A DNA stretch of 64,000 nt from Promethearchaeota archaeon. GTDB lineage: Archaea > Asgardarchaeota > Lokiarchaeia > Sigyniarchaeales > SOKP01. Position numbers and translations under genes: made by a program. The DNA is taken from contig JBHLOC010000009.1 of NCBI GenBank assembly GCA_048940925.1, forward strand, positions 1-64,000. The letters are read 5' to 3'. Positions 1 through 9,213 of the stretch are shown here, piece by piece (position 1 is the first letter of the stretch; each line of letters begins with the position of its first letter). The notes beneath the pieces were generated by a model. That model worked only from the letters and a program-made list of their open reading frames with translations, was not told where the DNA came from and did no database searches.

Positions 1-246
1 TGGGATTAAAATTAGTCTTTCTCCTTCTTTCTTCTCAACAATAAATGATTGTTCATTAACCAGTTCATCAGAAGATTTAGCTGCAAAAATTTCAACTGGT
101 TCTAATTGAGGAGTTGCATATTCTTCATAACCATACCTCTCAGCAACATCTCTTATTGTATCAATTATCCAATTAACCTCACGTAAATCAGAAGGGTAAT
201 AATCATCCAAACCTCTTAGTGGTTCTTTTGAAAATTTCTTGGACAT
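1..246 (-). CDS. hisS: Histidyl-tRNA synthetase, N-terminal part (runs off window edge)
   Basis: Manual translation from ATG at 246: MSKKFSKEPLRGLDDYYPSDLREVNWIIDTIRDVAERYGYEEYATPQLEPVEIFAAKSSDELVNEQSF..., matching the HisRS N-terminus (RG..D..P, YGY..TP.LE). Not in the ORF track. Confidence 0.9.
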   Translation of the reverse strand, partial: MSKKFSKEPLRGLDDYYPSDLREVNWIIDTIRDVAERYGYEEYATPQLEPVEIFAAKSSDELVNEQSFIVEKKEGERLILIP

Positions 247-560
247 CAAATCACATATATTCTGTATAACGATTATTACATTTTAAAAAAGAATTTTAAC
301 AAATATTTTTTTCGATCTTTTTATCTTATTAATCTATTTTTATTCAAAATACTCATAATATTTCTCTAAAGGTAGTTTTTCATTTTCAATAGGATCTTTG
401 AAAGGCATCTTCACTAAATTCAATTTATTAAATCTTTTAATTAAGTTATATTTTATATTCATAACAGTAAATATACGATATTAATAAAATTTTAATTCTA
501 CATTAAGTTTAATTACAATTTTATTTTATATTCTCTAAGACTATTCAATCTCTCAAAGAG

Positions 561-1649
561 TTGTCATTATTGGAAGAAAATTGGAAAGATAAAGTTTCCA
601 CACCTGCTCTTGTTGTAGACTACAACCTTATGAAGAAAAACATTGAAACAATGGCAAAATTTGCTAAAGCAAATAATGTTAATCTAAGACCTCATGTTAA
701 AACACATAAGTGTCCTAAAATTGGTAAGATGCAACTAGAAGCGGGGGCGAGTGGGATCTGTGTTGCAAGAGTTGGTGAAGCTGAAATCTTTGCTGAACAT
801 GGATTTGATAATATCTTAATTGCCAATGAAGTAATTGATTTAAATCAAATTAAAAGGTTAGTTGAATTAAATAAAAATTCTCTTGTTAGAGTATGTGTTG
901 ATTCAGAGAAAAATATCAAAGATTTAAATAAAATTGCCTCTAAGGAAGGAATAAATTTAGAAGTATTACTTGAAGTAGATGTTGGTCTGGGAAGAAATGG
1001 TGTCGAACCAGGAAAACCTGCCTTATATTTCGCTAATTTAATTAAAGATAGAAAAAATTTGAAATTAGTTGGTCTTCAAGGATATGAGGGTCATTTAACT
1101 GCTGTGATTGATCCTGAACTCCGGAAAAAAAAAACCGAAGAATGCATGAAATCATTGGTAGAAACAAGAGATTATCTAAATAATAATGGATTTGAAATTA
1201 CTTATTTAACTGCAAGTAACACTGTGACTTACAGATTCTCAGCAAAATATGAAGGGATTACTGAACTTCAACCTGGTACTTATATATTCAATGATGAGCA
1301 TTATCACCGAGTTTCTCCTGAATATGATATAGCTGTTAGTGTTTTAAGTACTGTTACTAATAATCCTGGAAGGAGAGTATATACTATTGATGCTGGATTA
1401 AAAGCAGCAACAAATGATAACGGAAATCCAGTCTTCAAAAAATATCCAAAAAGTAAGATCAAAGTTATGACTGAAGAACACTCAATCATTAGAACAGGTC
1501 CAAGGGATCAGTTTGAAATTGGTCAAAAAATAGAACTATTTCCGAGTCATATTTGTACTACTGTTAATTTATATGATTTTTTTACTATAATTAAAGATGA
1601 CAAATTCATTGGAAGGTGGGATATTCTTGCAAGAGGTAAAAATTATTAA
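561..1649 (+). CDS. DSD1 / D-threonine aldolase family PLP-dependent enzyme (alanine racemase fold)
   Basis: TPALVVD, RPHVKTHK (PLP lysine), GRNG, YEGH, EEH, HICTTVN motifs; TTG start. Confidence 0.85.
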   Translation: MSLLEENWKDKVSTPALVVDYNLMKKNIETMAKFAKANNVNLRPHVKTHKCPKIGKMQLEAGASGICVARVGEAEIFAEHGFDNILIANEVIDLNQIKRLVELNKNSLVRVCVDSEKNIKDLNKIASKEGINLEVLLEVDVGLGRNGVEPGKPALYFANLIKDRKNLKLVGLQGYEGHLTAVIDPELRKKKTEECMKSLVETRDYLNNNGFEITYLTASNTVTYRFSAKYEGITELQPGTYIFNDEHYHRVSPEYDIAVSVLSTVTNNPGRRVYTIDAGLKAATNDNGNPVFKKYPKSKIKVMTEEHSIIRTGPRDQFEIGQKIELFPSHICTTVNLYDFFTIIKDDKFIGRWDILARGKNY

Positions 1650-1672
1650 TAAAAAGAGGTGAATAATTAATT

Positions 1673-2053
1673 ATGGTTAATATTCAGAAGGTTTTTCCAG
1701 AAAATGTTACCGTAGCAGGCCCATATACTCCTGCTATAAAAGCTGGAAACCTACTTTTTGTATCAGGTCAAGGACCAGCCCGAGGTACAACAGAAATAAA
1801 AGAACAAACTCAAACAGCACTCGAAAATATAAAAAAAATAGTAGAAGCTGCAGGAGGTAATGTTTCAAATATTGTAAAAACGACTATTTTTTTGAAGAAT
1901 ATCAACGATTTTGGAAAAATGAATATGATCTATAAAAAATTTTTTGAGGAAAATGGTGTAATTGAAAATTTTCCAGCTAGGTCTACTGTGGAAGTCTCGA
2001 ATTTTCCTGGGACTGGAATGTTAATAGAAATAGATGCCATCGCAGTTCTTTAA
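1673..2053 (+). CDS. ridA: RidA/YjgF family enamine/imine deaminase
   Basis: GPY, SGQ, FPARSTVEV, IEIDAIA; SD GAGGTGA upstream. Confidence 0.9.
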   Translation: MVNIQKVFPENVTVAGPYTPAIKAGNLLFVSGQGPARGTTEIKEQTQTALENIKKIVEAAGGNVSNIVKTTIFLKNINDFGKMNMIYKKFFEENGVIENFPARSTVEVSNFPGTGMLIEIDAIAVL

Positions 2054-2231
2054 TAAAAATCTAATTTTTTTAAGGTCAAGGGTACCACTATTGTCTCTAG
2101 TACAAACTAAATAAAAATGTAGTTCTTGCATCAATATTATTTTATATTTTTTATTGTGTGATAAAATAAGATTTTAATTATTAAGCATAATTTACATTTT
2201 ATAATCTCACCAAATTTAAGGAGAGCTTTAT

Positions 2232-2879
2232 TTGTCAAGTGAAAAAATTTTTGAAGAAATGGCAAATTCTATTGTTAATTTAGACGAAGATAAAGCAGTT
2301 AACTTAGCAAAAAAAGCAATAAATGAGAAAAAGGACCTTCTAAAAGTCATTGAACAAGGATATGCTGCAGGGATTAGAAAGGTTGGAGAATTATGGGAAG
2401 AAGGCGAATTTTTCTTACCGGAATTAATACGAGGAGCACAAATTATGCAGAATTGTTTGGATTTAATAATTCCTCATCTTCAAAGTGGGAGAGATCAATT
2501 ATCGCTTGGTAAAGTAATAGTAGCAACAATAGAAGGAGATATACATTCAATTGGAAAAACAATTGTTGGTACAATGCTTAGAGCATATGGATTTGAAGTT
2601 TTTGATTTAGGGGCTGATGTTCCTGCTGAAAAAATAATTGATGAAGCGATTAAAAAAAATGTAGATGTAATTGGAATTTCAGCGCTTTTAACAACTACTA
2701 TGATTGGTCAGAAAAAAATTATTGATAATTTAAAAGAAAGAAACTTGATTGATAAATTTAAAGTTATTCTTGGGGGTGCACCTGTTACTAAATCTTGGGT
2801 TGAAGAATGTGGTGCAGATGGTTTTGCTGAAAATGCTGTAGAAGCAGTAAAATTAGTAAAAACTTTACTAGGGAAATAA
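2232..2879 (+). CDS. Methyltransferase-cognate corrinoid protein (MttC/MtgC-like)
   Basis: B12 cap domain plus GDIHSIGK (DxHxxG), SALLTTT, GGAP. Confidence 0.92.
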   Translation: MSSEKIFEEMANSIVNLDEDKAVNLAKKAINEKKDLLKVIEQGYAAGIRKVGELWEEGEFFLPELIRGAQIMQNCLDLIIPHLQSGRDQLSLGKVIVATIEGDIHSIGKTIVGTMLRAYGFEVFDLGADVPAEKIIDEAIKKNVDVIGISALLTTTMIGQKKIIDNLKERNLIDKFKVILGGAPVTKSWVEECGADGFAENAVEAVKLVKTLLGK

Positions 2880-2907
2880 AATTGAGATATGGAGGGAAGA
2901 TATAAGT

Positions 2908-3789
2908 TTGGCATTTCAAGATTGGTTGAATGATGATTCTAAAACTATCCTATTTGATGGTGCGTTCGGGACAATGTTAATCAAAAAAGAACTATTAGAG
3001 CCAGGAAAAATTCCTGATTTATTAAATATTGAAAAACCAGATTCTATTAGTGAAATTCATAAGTCTTATTATGATGCTGGTGCTGATATGTGCCAAACTA
3101 ATACGTTTGGTGCAACACCATTAAGTCTAAGGCGTCATAACCTTGAAGATAGAATTGTTGAGATTAATAAGAAGGCATTAGAGAATATTAAAAGGGTTTG
3201 CCCTTCTGAAAGTTTAATAGTTGGTGATATTGGGCCCAGTGGGGAATTTAGACCACCTGTAGGGAACGCTACTAATGAGGATTGGCGTTTAAACTTTACT
3301 ACTCAAGCTAAATTATTAGAAAATGGTGTTGATTTATGGCATATTGAAACGATTTCTGATATTGAAGAAATGTTAGCAGCAGTAAGAGCAATAAAAGAGA
3401 TTTCTAAAAAACCTATTATTGCTTCAATAACCTATAAAAAGACAAAAAGAGGATTTTTTACAATAATGGGTGATTCATTAGAGAAATGTATTAGAATATT
3501 GGAGAATGAAAATGTAGATGTTATTGGTGCAAATTGCACTATAGGCTCAAATGATATGTTGGAATTATTAAAACAGGCCATTCAATTAACAAATAAGCCC
3601 ATCTCAGTAAAACCAAATGCCGGAAAACCGAGATTAGAAGGTTTTACAACTTTTTATGATCAACCCATAGAAGATTTTGTTAAAGATATTTATGAAATGA
3701 TAAAGCTAGGCGCGAAAATTGTCGGGGGTTGTTGTGGTACATCCCCTAAAACCATAAGAGAGATTCGCAAAATAATAGATTCACTTTAG
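2908..3789 (+). CDS. Homocysteine S-methyltransferase domain protein (stand-alone MetH Hcy module)
   Basis: FDGAFGT, TNTFGA, ET, GANC, PNAG, GGCCGT zinc-binding motifs. Confidence 0.92.
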   Translation: MAFQDWLNDDSKTILFDGAFGTMLIKKELLEPGKIPDLLNIEKPDSISEIHKSYYDAGADMCQTNTFGATPLSLRRHNLEDRIVEINKKALENIKRVCPSESLIVGDIGPSGEFRPPVGNATNEDWRLNFTTQAKLLENGVDLWHIETISDIEEMLAAVRAIKEISKKPIIASITYKKTKRGFFTIMGDSLEKCIRILENENVDVIGANCTIGSNDMLELLKQAIQLTNKPISVKPNAGKPRLEGFTTFYDQPIEDFVKDIYEMIKLGAKIVGGCCGTSPKTIREIRKIIDSL

Positions 3790-3803
3790 AGGGGGATATT
3801 TAT

Positions 3804-5231
3804 ATGCCTATAATTAGACCAAAAATTCAAATATTAGATACTCAGCATAAGAAATTAATTCTAGAAGAAGCTAAGTCGATATTAGAAACTCAAGGTATTT
3901 TTATTGAGAATCAAGAAGCACTTGATATGTTTAATCAACATGGGTTAAATCACAAAGATTTTCGTTATTATATTCCATCTGATCTTGTAGAGAAATGTTT
4001 AGATTCAGTTCCAAATAAAATCACTCTTTTTGATCGGGATGGCAATGAACATATTACGCTAGAAGAAGATCAAGTTCATTTTGATCCTGGGTCTGCAGCT
4101 ATTTTCATACTTGATGAGAACACTGGAGAAATAAGAGAGGGTTTGTCAAAAGATTATATTCAATTTTCTAAGATAGTAGAACAATTAAAGTATATAGAAG
4201 CTCAAAGTACAGCATTGATATATCAAGATGTGCCAAAGGATGCTCAAGATTGGCATAGATTATATTTAGCATTATCAAATTGTTATAAACCAATAGTCAC
4301 AGGGACATTCCGTAAGGAAAGCTTCTCAATTATGCGTGAAATCCTTCTAACTTGCAGGAATTCCGAAGACGATCTTACTCAAAAACCCTTAGCAATTTTT
4401 GATGCCTGTCCCAGTCCACCTTTAAAATGGTCAGATCTGACAACTCAGTCCTTAATAGATGCTGCTAGAAGTATGATCCCCTCGGAATTTGTATCAATGC
4501 CTTTAGCTGGAGCAAATGCTCCAATAACATTAATTGGATCAGTTACTCAGCACTGTGCTGAATGTCTTGCGGGAGTTGTTATTGTTCAATTGACAAACCG
4601 AGGTGCTCCGTTAATTTGGGGGGGTTCTCCAGCAGTATTTGATATGAAACAAGGAACCACACCAATGGGCGCAATAGAAACAATGATGATTAATCTTGGT
4701 AATATTGAGATGGGAAAATTTCTGAATTTACCTACCCACGCATATATGTCTTTAAGTGATTCTAAAGTCCCTGATAGTCAAGCTGGTTTTGAGGCGGGAA
4801 TGGGTGCATTATTAGCTGGTTTAGGTGGAATTAATATGGTTTCAGGTCCGGGTATGCTTGACTTTGAATCAACTCAAAGTATTGAAAAACTAATAATTGA
4901 TAATGAGATAATAGGGATGGTTAAAAGACTTTTAGAGGGTATTGAGGATTATGGAACGCCATATGCTTCAGAAATTTTGAAGGATTATGATGATAAGGAA
5001 GAATTATTATCCCATTCTTCTACTCTAAAATATTTTAGAAAAGAATTATTCTTTCCGAGTGATATTATAGATAGAATGACTCGAGATTCTTGGAAAGCCT
5101 TAGGTTCAAAATCTGCTAGAAAAAGAGCAAAAGAATTAGCTTCAAAAATGTTAAAAAAATCCCCTATAAAGCCTATTGATACATTACTTCAAAAAGAATT
5201 GGATAAGATCGCTAGAAGTCATTTAATGTAG
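3804..5231 (+). CDS. MttB-superfamily methylamine/quaternary amine:corrinoid methyltransferase, non-pyrrolysine
   Basis: SPPLKW, PLAGANAP, SDSKVPDSQAGFE, GPGMLD; uninterrupted ORF with Leu at the position preceding SDxK, where MttB has Pyl. Confidence 0.9.
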   Translation: MPIIRPKIQILDTQHKKLILEEAKSILETQGIFIENQEALDMFNQHGLNHKDFRYYIPSDLVEKCLDSVPNKITLFDRDGNEHITLEEDQVHFDPGSAAIFILDENTGEIREGLSKDYIQFSKIVEQLKYIEAQSTALIYQDVPKDAQDWHRLYLALSNCYKPIVTGTFRKESFSIMREILLTCRNSEDDLTQKPLAIFDACPSPPLKWSDLTTQSLIDAARSMIPSEFVSMPLAGANAPITLIGSVTQHCAECLAGVVIVQLTNRGAPLIWGGSPAVFDMKQGTTPMGAIETMMINLGNIEMGKFLNLPTHAYMSLSDSKVPDSQAGFEAGMGALLAGLGGINMVSGPGMLDFESTQSIEKLIIDNEIIGMVKRLLEGIEDYGTPYASEILKDYDDKEELLSHSSTLKYFRKELFFPSDIIDRMTRDSWKALGSKSARKRAKELASKMLKKSPIKPIDTLLQKELDKIARSHLM

Positions 5232-5342
5232 TTTTTGTTATTTTATCTCCTTATTAAATATTACTTTATAATATTAGAGATATTGAGCAAGACTATTGTA
5301 GAAAAGATTTTATCATAACATAGTCGTGCAGAATTAATGTAA

Positions 5343-6062
5343 TTATCTTTTAATTTTAGCTAAATAAGCACCATACTCGTCCTTGTGGAGAATCTCACAC
5401 ATCCAATCTAAATTATTAGCAAGATTATTTAATGTTTGAGGATCAATATGCAACCATTGAAATTTTTCTCCTAATACATCTCCAAATTTTATCTGTAGTC
5501 TGATTTCTCCAAGGTAATGTCCTTTTTTAACGTTTTCTTCTTGGTAAGCCAGATGAACTTGATTTGTTGTCATTCGGATATCAATTGAATCGAATAATAT
5601 AATTCCAGCTGGGTTTAATATTTTTTTACAATAATTGAGGAATTTCGAAAGCCCAGACAAATTCTCTACAAATCCTATTGATCTACCCATAAGAAGAATA
5701 GTATCAAATGTTTTATTTTTTAATTCATAAACAGTAGAGCATTTTACGTTTTTTACTCCTCTTTTCCTCATAATTTCACAAGCATAAGGAGAAATATCAA
5801 TTGCTAACACTTCCAATCCTTGCTTTTGAAGAACTAGGCTATGTGGACCAACACCGGCTCCGATATCCAATACACTTCCATGACATAATGCGAGTGCTTG
5901 TTTTTCGATTGATGGGAAGGTATTTTCACTTCTGAAATTAAAAAGGAGTGAAACTTCCTCTTCTAATCCATCATCGCGATAAAAAACAATTTTTGTATCT
6001 TTATTTCCTTCATAGAATTCTTTAAGTGCTAAACCAAAAGGTTCCATTGCTTTCCAATACAT
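5343..6062 (-). CDS. Class I SAM-dependent methyltransferase
   Basis: VLDIGAGVG, FDTILL motifs. Confidence 0.85.
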   Translation of the reverse strand: MYWKAMEPFGLALKEFYEGNKDTKIVFYRDDGLEEEVSLLFNFRSENTFPSIEKQALALCHGSVLDIGAGVGPHSLVLQKQGLEVLAIDISPYACEIMRKRGVKNVKCSTVYELKNKTFDTILLMGRSIGFVENLSGLSKFLNYCKKILNPAGIILFDSIDIRMTTNQVHLAYQEENVKKGHYLGEIRLQIKFGDVLGEKFQWLHIDPQTLNNLANNLDWMCEILHKDEYGAYLAKIKR

Positions 6063-6221
6063 TAGATAATTATTTTTATCATAAATTTTAAATTTTTTTA
6101 GTATACGTTTTTGTCTTTTTTAAATTCATTGCGAAATTAGAGAAAATCCTAAAATGCTATTGACTGAAATTTATAATTGTTAGAGTATTTACTTAAATTA
6201 ATCGAATACTAAGTAAGTTGA

Positions 6222-6500
6222 TTGATTATTCCCAAACTAATAGAAAATAAGGAAAAGAAATTTTCACTTTTTTTAAATAAGAACAGATGTGGAGGATGTT
6301 ATGCTTGTGTCGCAATTTGTCCCACAGGTATTTTAGAGATTAGTGATGAACTAAATTATAGAATAGCTTATATCCCTAAAGTAAAGGAAGGAAAGGAAAA
6401 ATATTGTGTAGGATGCCGCAGATGTGAATATTGTTGTCCAGATTGGTGTATTTATGTTCTGGATGAGGAAGAAATACAAACAGAAAAAGCTAAAACATGA
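6222..6500 (+). CDS. korD: 2-oxoacid:ferredoxin oxidoreductase delta subunit (2[4Fe-4S] ferredoxin)
   Basis: Two CxxCxxCxxxCP motifs; first gene of the OFOR operon. Confidence 0.8.
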   Translation: MIIPKLIENKEKKFSLFLNKNRCGGCYACVAICPTGILEISDELNYRIAYIPKVKEGKEKYCVGCRRCEYCCPDWCIYVLDEEEIQTEKAKT

Positions 6501-6519
6501 TAAGGGGAGAGAAAAAAAA

Positions 6520-7692
6520 GTGAATATAAAGAATAGTAAAAGATATTTACCAGAAGGTAAATATGTTATGATGGGAAATGTTGCAATGTCGGAGGGAGCA
6601 TTAGCAGCGGGTCTGAATTTTTTTGGTGGTTATCCAATCACACCATCAACTGAAGTCATAGAACATCTTGCTAAAAGATTACCAGAAGTTGGGGGGTGTT
6701 CTATGCAAATGGAAGATGAACTGGCATCAATAAATGCTGTCATTGGTGCTTCTTTTGCTGGTGCAAAAGCTATGACTGCTACATCTGGACCAGGTCTCTC
6801 TTTAATGGTTGAAACAATTTCAATGGCTGCAAATCTTGAGATTCCTTTTGTATTATGTGATGTTCAACGAGTTGGTCCAGGTAGTCATGGACCTGTAACC
6901 CAACCTCACCATAATGATTTAGGGTTGATACGGTTTGCTGGTCATGGGGAATTTCAAGTTATCGCATTAGCACCAATGACCTGTCAAGAACTTTTTGACT
7001 TAACAATAAAAGCTTTTAATTTTGCTGAAACTTATCGATGTCCTGTATTTATTCTCTCTGATGCTTATTTAGGACATCTTCATGAGGCTGTTTATATTCC
7101 ACCAAAAGAAGAAATAATGGGGAAAGTTATTAAGCGTGAATTACCTCAAGATCATTCTAATAAATTCTCTTTTATGGATGCTAATTCTGGTGAATATATC
7201 ATCCCCAAACCTCCAATAATCGGCACAGATTATTTCCCACTTACATCTCTTCAATTGCCTCATAACAATCAAGGTTTTCCAATGTCAAATGCGTTAGAGT
7301 TTATGAAAGTACTGATTGAAAAGGTAAAATCTAATATAGATAAAATTTCTATAACTGAGGAATATAAATTAGACGATGCAGATATAATTGTCATTGCATA
7401 TGGTTTACCTGTTAGGACTAGTTATCGTGCAGTTGATATAGCTAGAAAAGAAGGTATAAAGGTTGGAATTTTTAGACTAATAACAGTATGGCCATTTCCT
7501 GATGATAAAGTAAAGAAGGCGGTTAAAGATGCCAAAGCGATTATTATACCTGAATTAAACTATACAGGATTTATCGCAGAACAAGTTGAAAGAGTTAAGA
7601 AACTTGAAACACCAATATTCAAAATTCCTAAAGTTGGTGTGTTTCATCATCCAGATGATATATTAAAAATTATTAGGGAGGTCTCAAAATAA
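6520..7692 (+). CDS. korA: 2-oxoacid:ferredoxin oxidoreductase alpha subunit
   Basis: GYPITPSTE, QMEDE, ATSGPG, QRVGP. Start moved to the in-frame GTG at 6520 behind a GGGGAG SD, because the track start at 6424 overlaps korD. Confidence 0.9.
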   Translation: MNIKNSKRYLPEGKYVMMGNVAMSEGALAAGLNFFGGYPITPSTEVIEHLAKRLPEVGGCSMQMEDELASINAVIGASFAGAKAMTATSGPGLSLMVETISMAANLEIPFVLCDVQRVGPGSHGPVTQPHHNDLGLIRFAGHGEFQVIALAPMTCQELFDLTIKAFNFAETYRCPVFILSDAYLGHLHEAVYIPPKEEIMGKVIKRELPQDHSNKFSFMDANSGEYIIPKPPIIGTDYFPLTSLQLPHNNQGFPMSNALEFMKVLIEKVKSNIDKISITEEYKLDDADIIVIAYGLPVRTSYRAVDIARKEGIKVGIFRLITVWPFPDDKVKKAVKDAKAIIIPELNYTGFIAEQVERVKKLETPIFKIPKVGVFHHPDDILKIIREVSK

Positions 7693-8609
7693 TGTCAGGT
7701 TTAGGTCCTCGTTACCCATCAGAGAAACCAGATCATCCATATGTCCAATTTTCATTTGGAGGATTTCTTTCTGGTAATTATAATTCACTTTTTTGTGCAG
7801 GTTGCGGATATGGAATAATAGGGCATCTTTTTACCCGTGTATTTGAGGATGAAAAAATAGATCCTAAATTATACCCATTAATTATAGGAATTGGTTGTTA
7901 TACTCAACTAGTAACATTAGTACATCACGCTTCTCAAAAAATCTTTGCTCTCCATGGTCGAGCACCAGCATTAGCAACAGGTATAAAAATGGCTAACTTC
8001 AAATTAAAACCAATCATTTTTTCGGGTGATGGAGATTGTTTAGGAATTGGTGGAAATCATTTTATTCATATGTGCCGTAGAAACCTCGATTGCGTAATAT
8101 TAATTTTTAATAACAGTATATATGGCATGACAGGAGGACAAGGTGCTCCAACTACATTATATGGAGCAGAAAGTACAACTACACCCTATAAGATGTTTGA
8201 GAATAGAAGTGATGCTGTAAAACTAGCTTTAGCTGCAGGAGCGTCGTATATTGCAAGGATTACAGTTGCACATCCACGAACTCTTATGAAATATTTTAGA
8301 AAAGCTTTAAAACATAAAGGTACTTCTGTAATTGAAGTGGTAACTCCGTGTGTAACATATTTTGGGAGGAGAAATTTGAATACTTTAGGTGCTGAAAATA
8401 GAGAATTAGAGGGTGAAAAAATGGACAATACCCTTAAAATGCTTGATTGGATAAGAAGAAATAGCGTTCGTATAAATCAAGCGAAATTCATGACTGAAGA
8501 GGAATTGTTTAATAAATATATTATTGGTGAATTTAGATACGATAAAGACAAGCCAGAATATTCAGAAGAATACAAGAAAATCCAAAAGGTTGCTATGGAG
8601 GAAAGGTAA
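7692..8609 (+). CDS. korB: 2-oxoacid:ferredoxin oxidoreductase beta subunit (TPP-binding)
   Basis: CAGCG, GIGC, HGRA, GDGD...NN, YGMTGGQ, PC; TAATG stop/start overlap with korA. Confidence 0.9.
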   Translation: MSGLGPRYPSEKPDHPYVQFSFGGFLSGNYNSLFCAGCGYGIIGHLFTRVFEDEKIDPKLYPLIIGIGCYTQLVTLVHHASQKIFALHGRAPALATGIKMANFKLKPIIFSGDGDCLGIGGNHFIHMCRRNLDCVILIFNNSIYGMTGGQGAPTTLYGAESTTTPYKMFENRSDAVKLALAAGASYIARITVAHPRTLMKYFRKALKHKGTSVIEVVTPCVTYFGRRNLNTLGAENRELEGEKMDNTLKMLDWIRRNSVRINQAKFMTEEELFNKYIIGEFRYDKDKPEYSEEYKKIQKVAMEER

Positions 8610-8611
8610 AA

Positions 8612-9208
8612 ATGAATCGATATGAAATTCGAATTTCTGGATTTGGCGGACAAGGCGTGATTACGTTGAGCAAAATGATAATCACAGCAAGTTCACTGTT
8701 TGAAAATTTAGCAGCAACCCAAACCGAAGCGTATAGCGCGTCAGCGAGAGGAGGAACCTGTTGGGCTGAAGTAGTGGTAGATTTAGATAAGGATGTTAAG
8801 ACTATTGATTACCCTAAGGCATTAAGTCCTTATGATTTTTTAATTGTACTTTCAGAAGAATCTGCTAATCGTATAAGTCCTGATAATATAAAGAAAGAAT
8901 CCGATACAGGATTTTTAATTTGGGATCCTTCAACTATAAAAAAATTTAGAGCAGCAAAAAGATTTGAAAAAGGATTTAGCCTACCTGTTCAAAAATTAGC
9001 AGTTGAAAATTTTGGAAATATTGTCTTTGGAAATTCAATCTTATTTGGAGCATTTACTGTACTTTCAGGAATTATTTCAGAAGAATCTGCTATTGAAACA
9101 TTAAAGCGATTTGTTCCCAGATCTACATTAGATAAGAATCTAGAAGCTTTTGAACTTGGAAAGAAGGAAGCACAAGATTTCCAAAAACAAATATTGGAGG
9201 GAAAATAA
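8612..9208 (+). CDS. korC: 2-oxoacid:ferredoxin oxidoreductase gamma subunit
   Basis: GFGGQG, ARGG, N...F..G terminal motif. Confidence 0.9.
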   Translation: MNRYEIRISGFGGQGVITLSKMIITASSLFENLAATQTEAYSASARGGTCWAEVVVDLDKDVKTIDYPKALSPYDFLIVLSEESANRISPDNIKKESDTGFLIWDPSTIKKFRAAKRFEKGFSLPVQKLAVENFGNIVFGNSILFGAFTVLSGIISEESAIETLKRFVPRSTLDKNLEAFELGKKEAQDFQKQILEGK

Positions 9209-9213
9209 AGATT

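Noticed and set aside
340-408. 22-codon ORF (MPFKDPIENEKLPLEKYYEYFE) on the minus strand upstream of hisS as an attenuator leader
   Set aside because: No His codons and no terminator/antiterminator structure; too short to support
3804-5231. Pyrrolysine-containing trimethylamine methyltransferase
   Set aside because: No in-frame TAG; Leu at the Pyl-equivalent site; no pyl genes in the window
6424-6519. Track N-terminal extension of korA
   Set aside because: Overlaps korD out of frame; GTG 6520 with an SD is a better start
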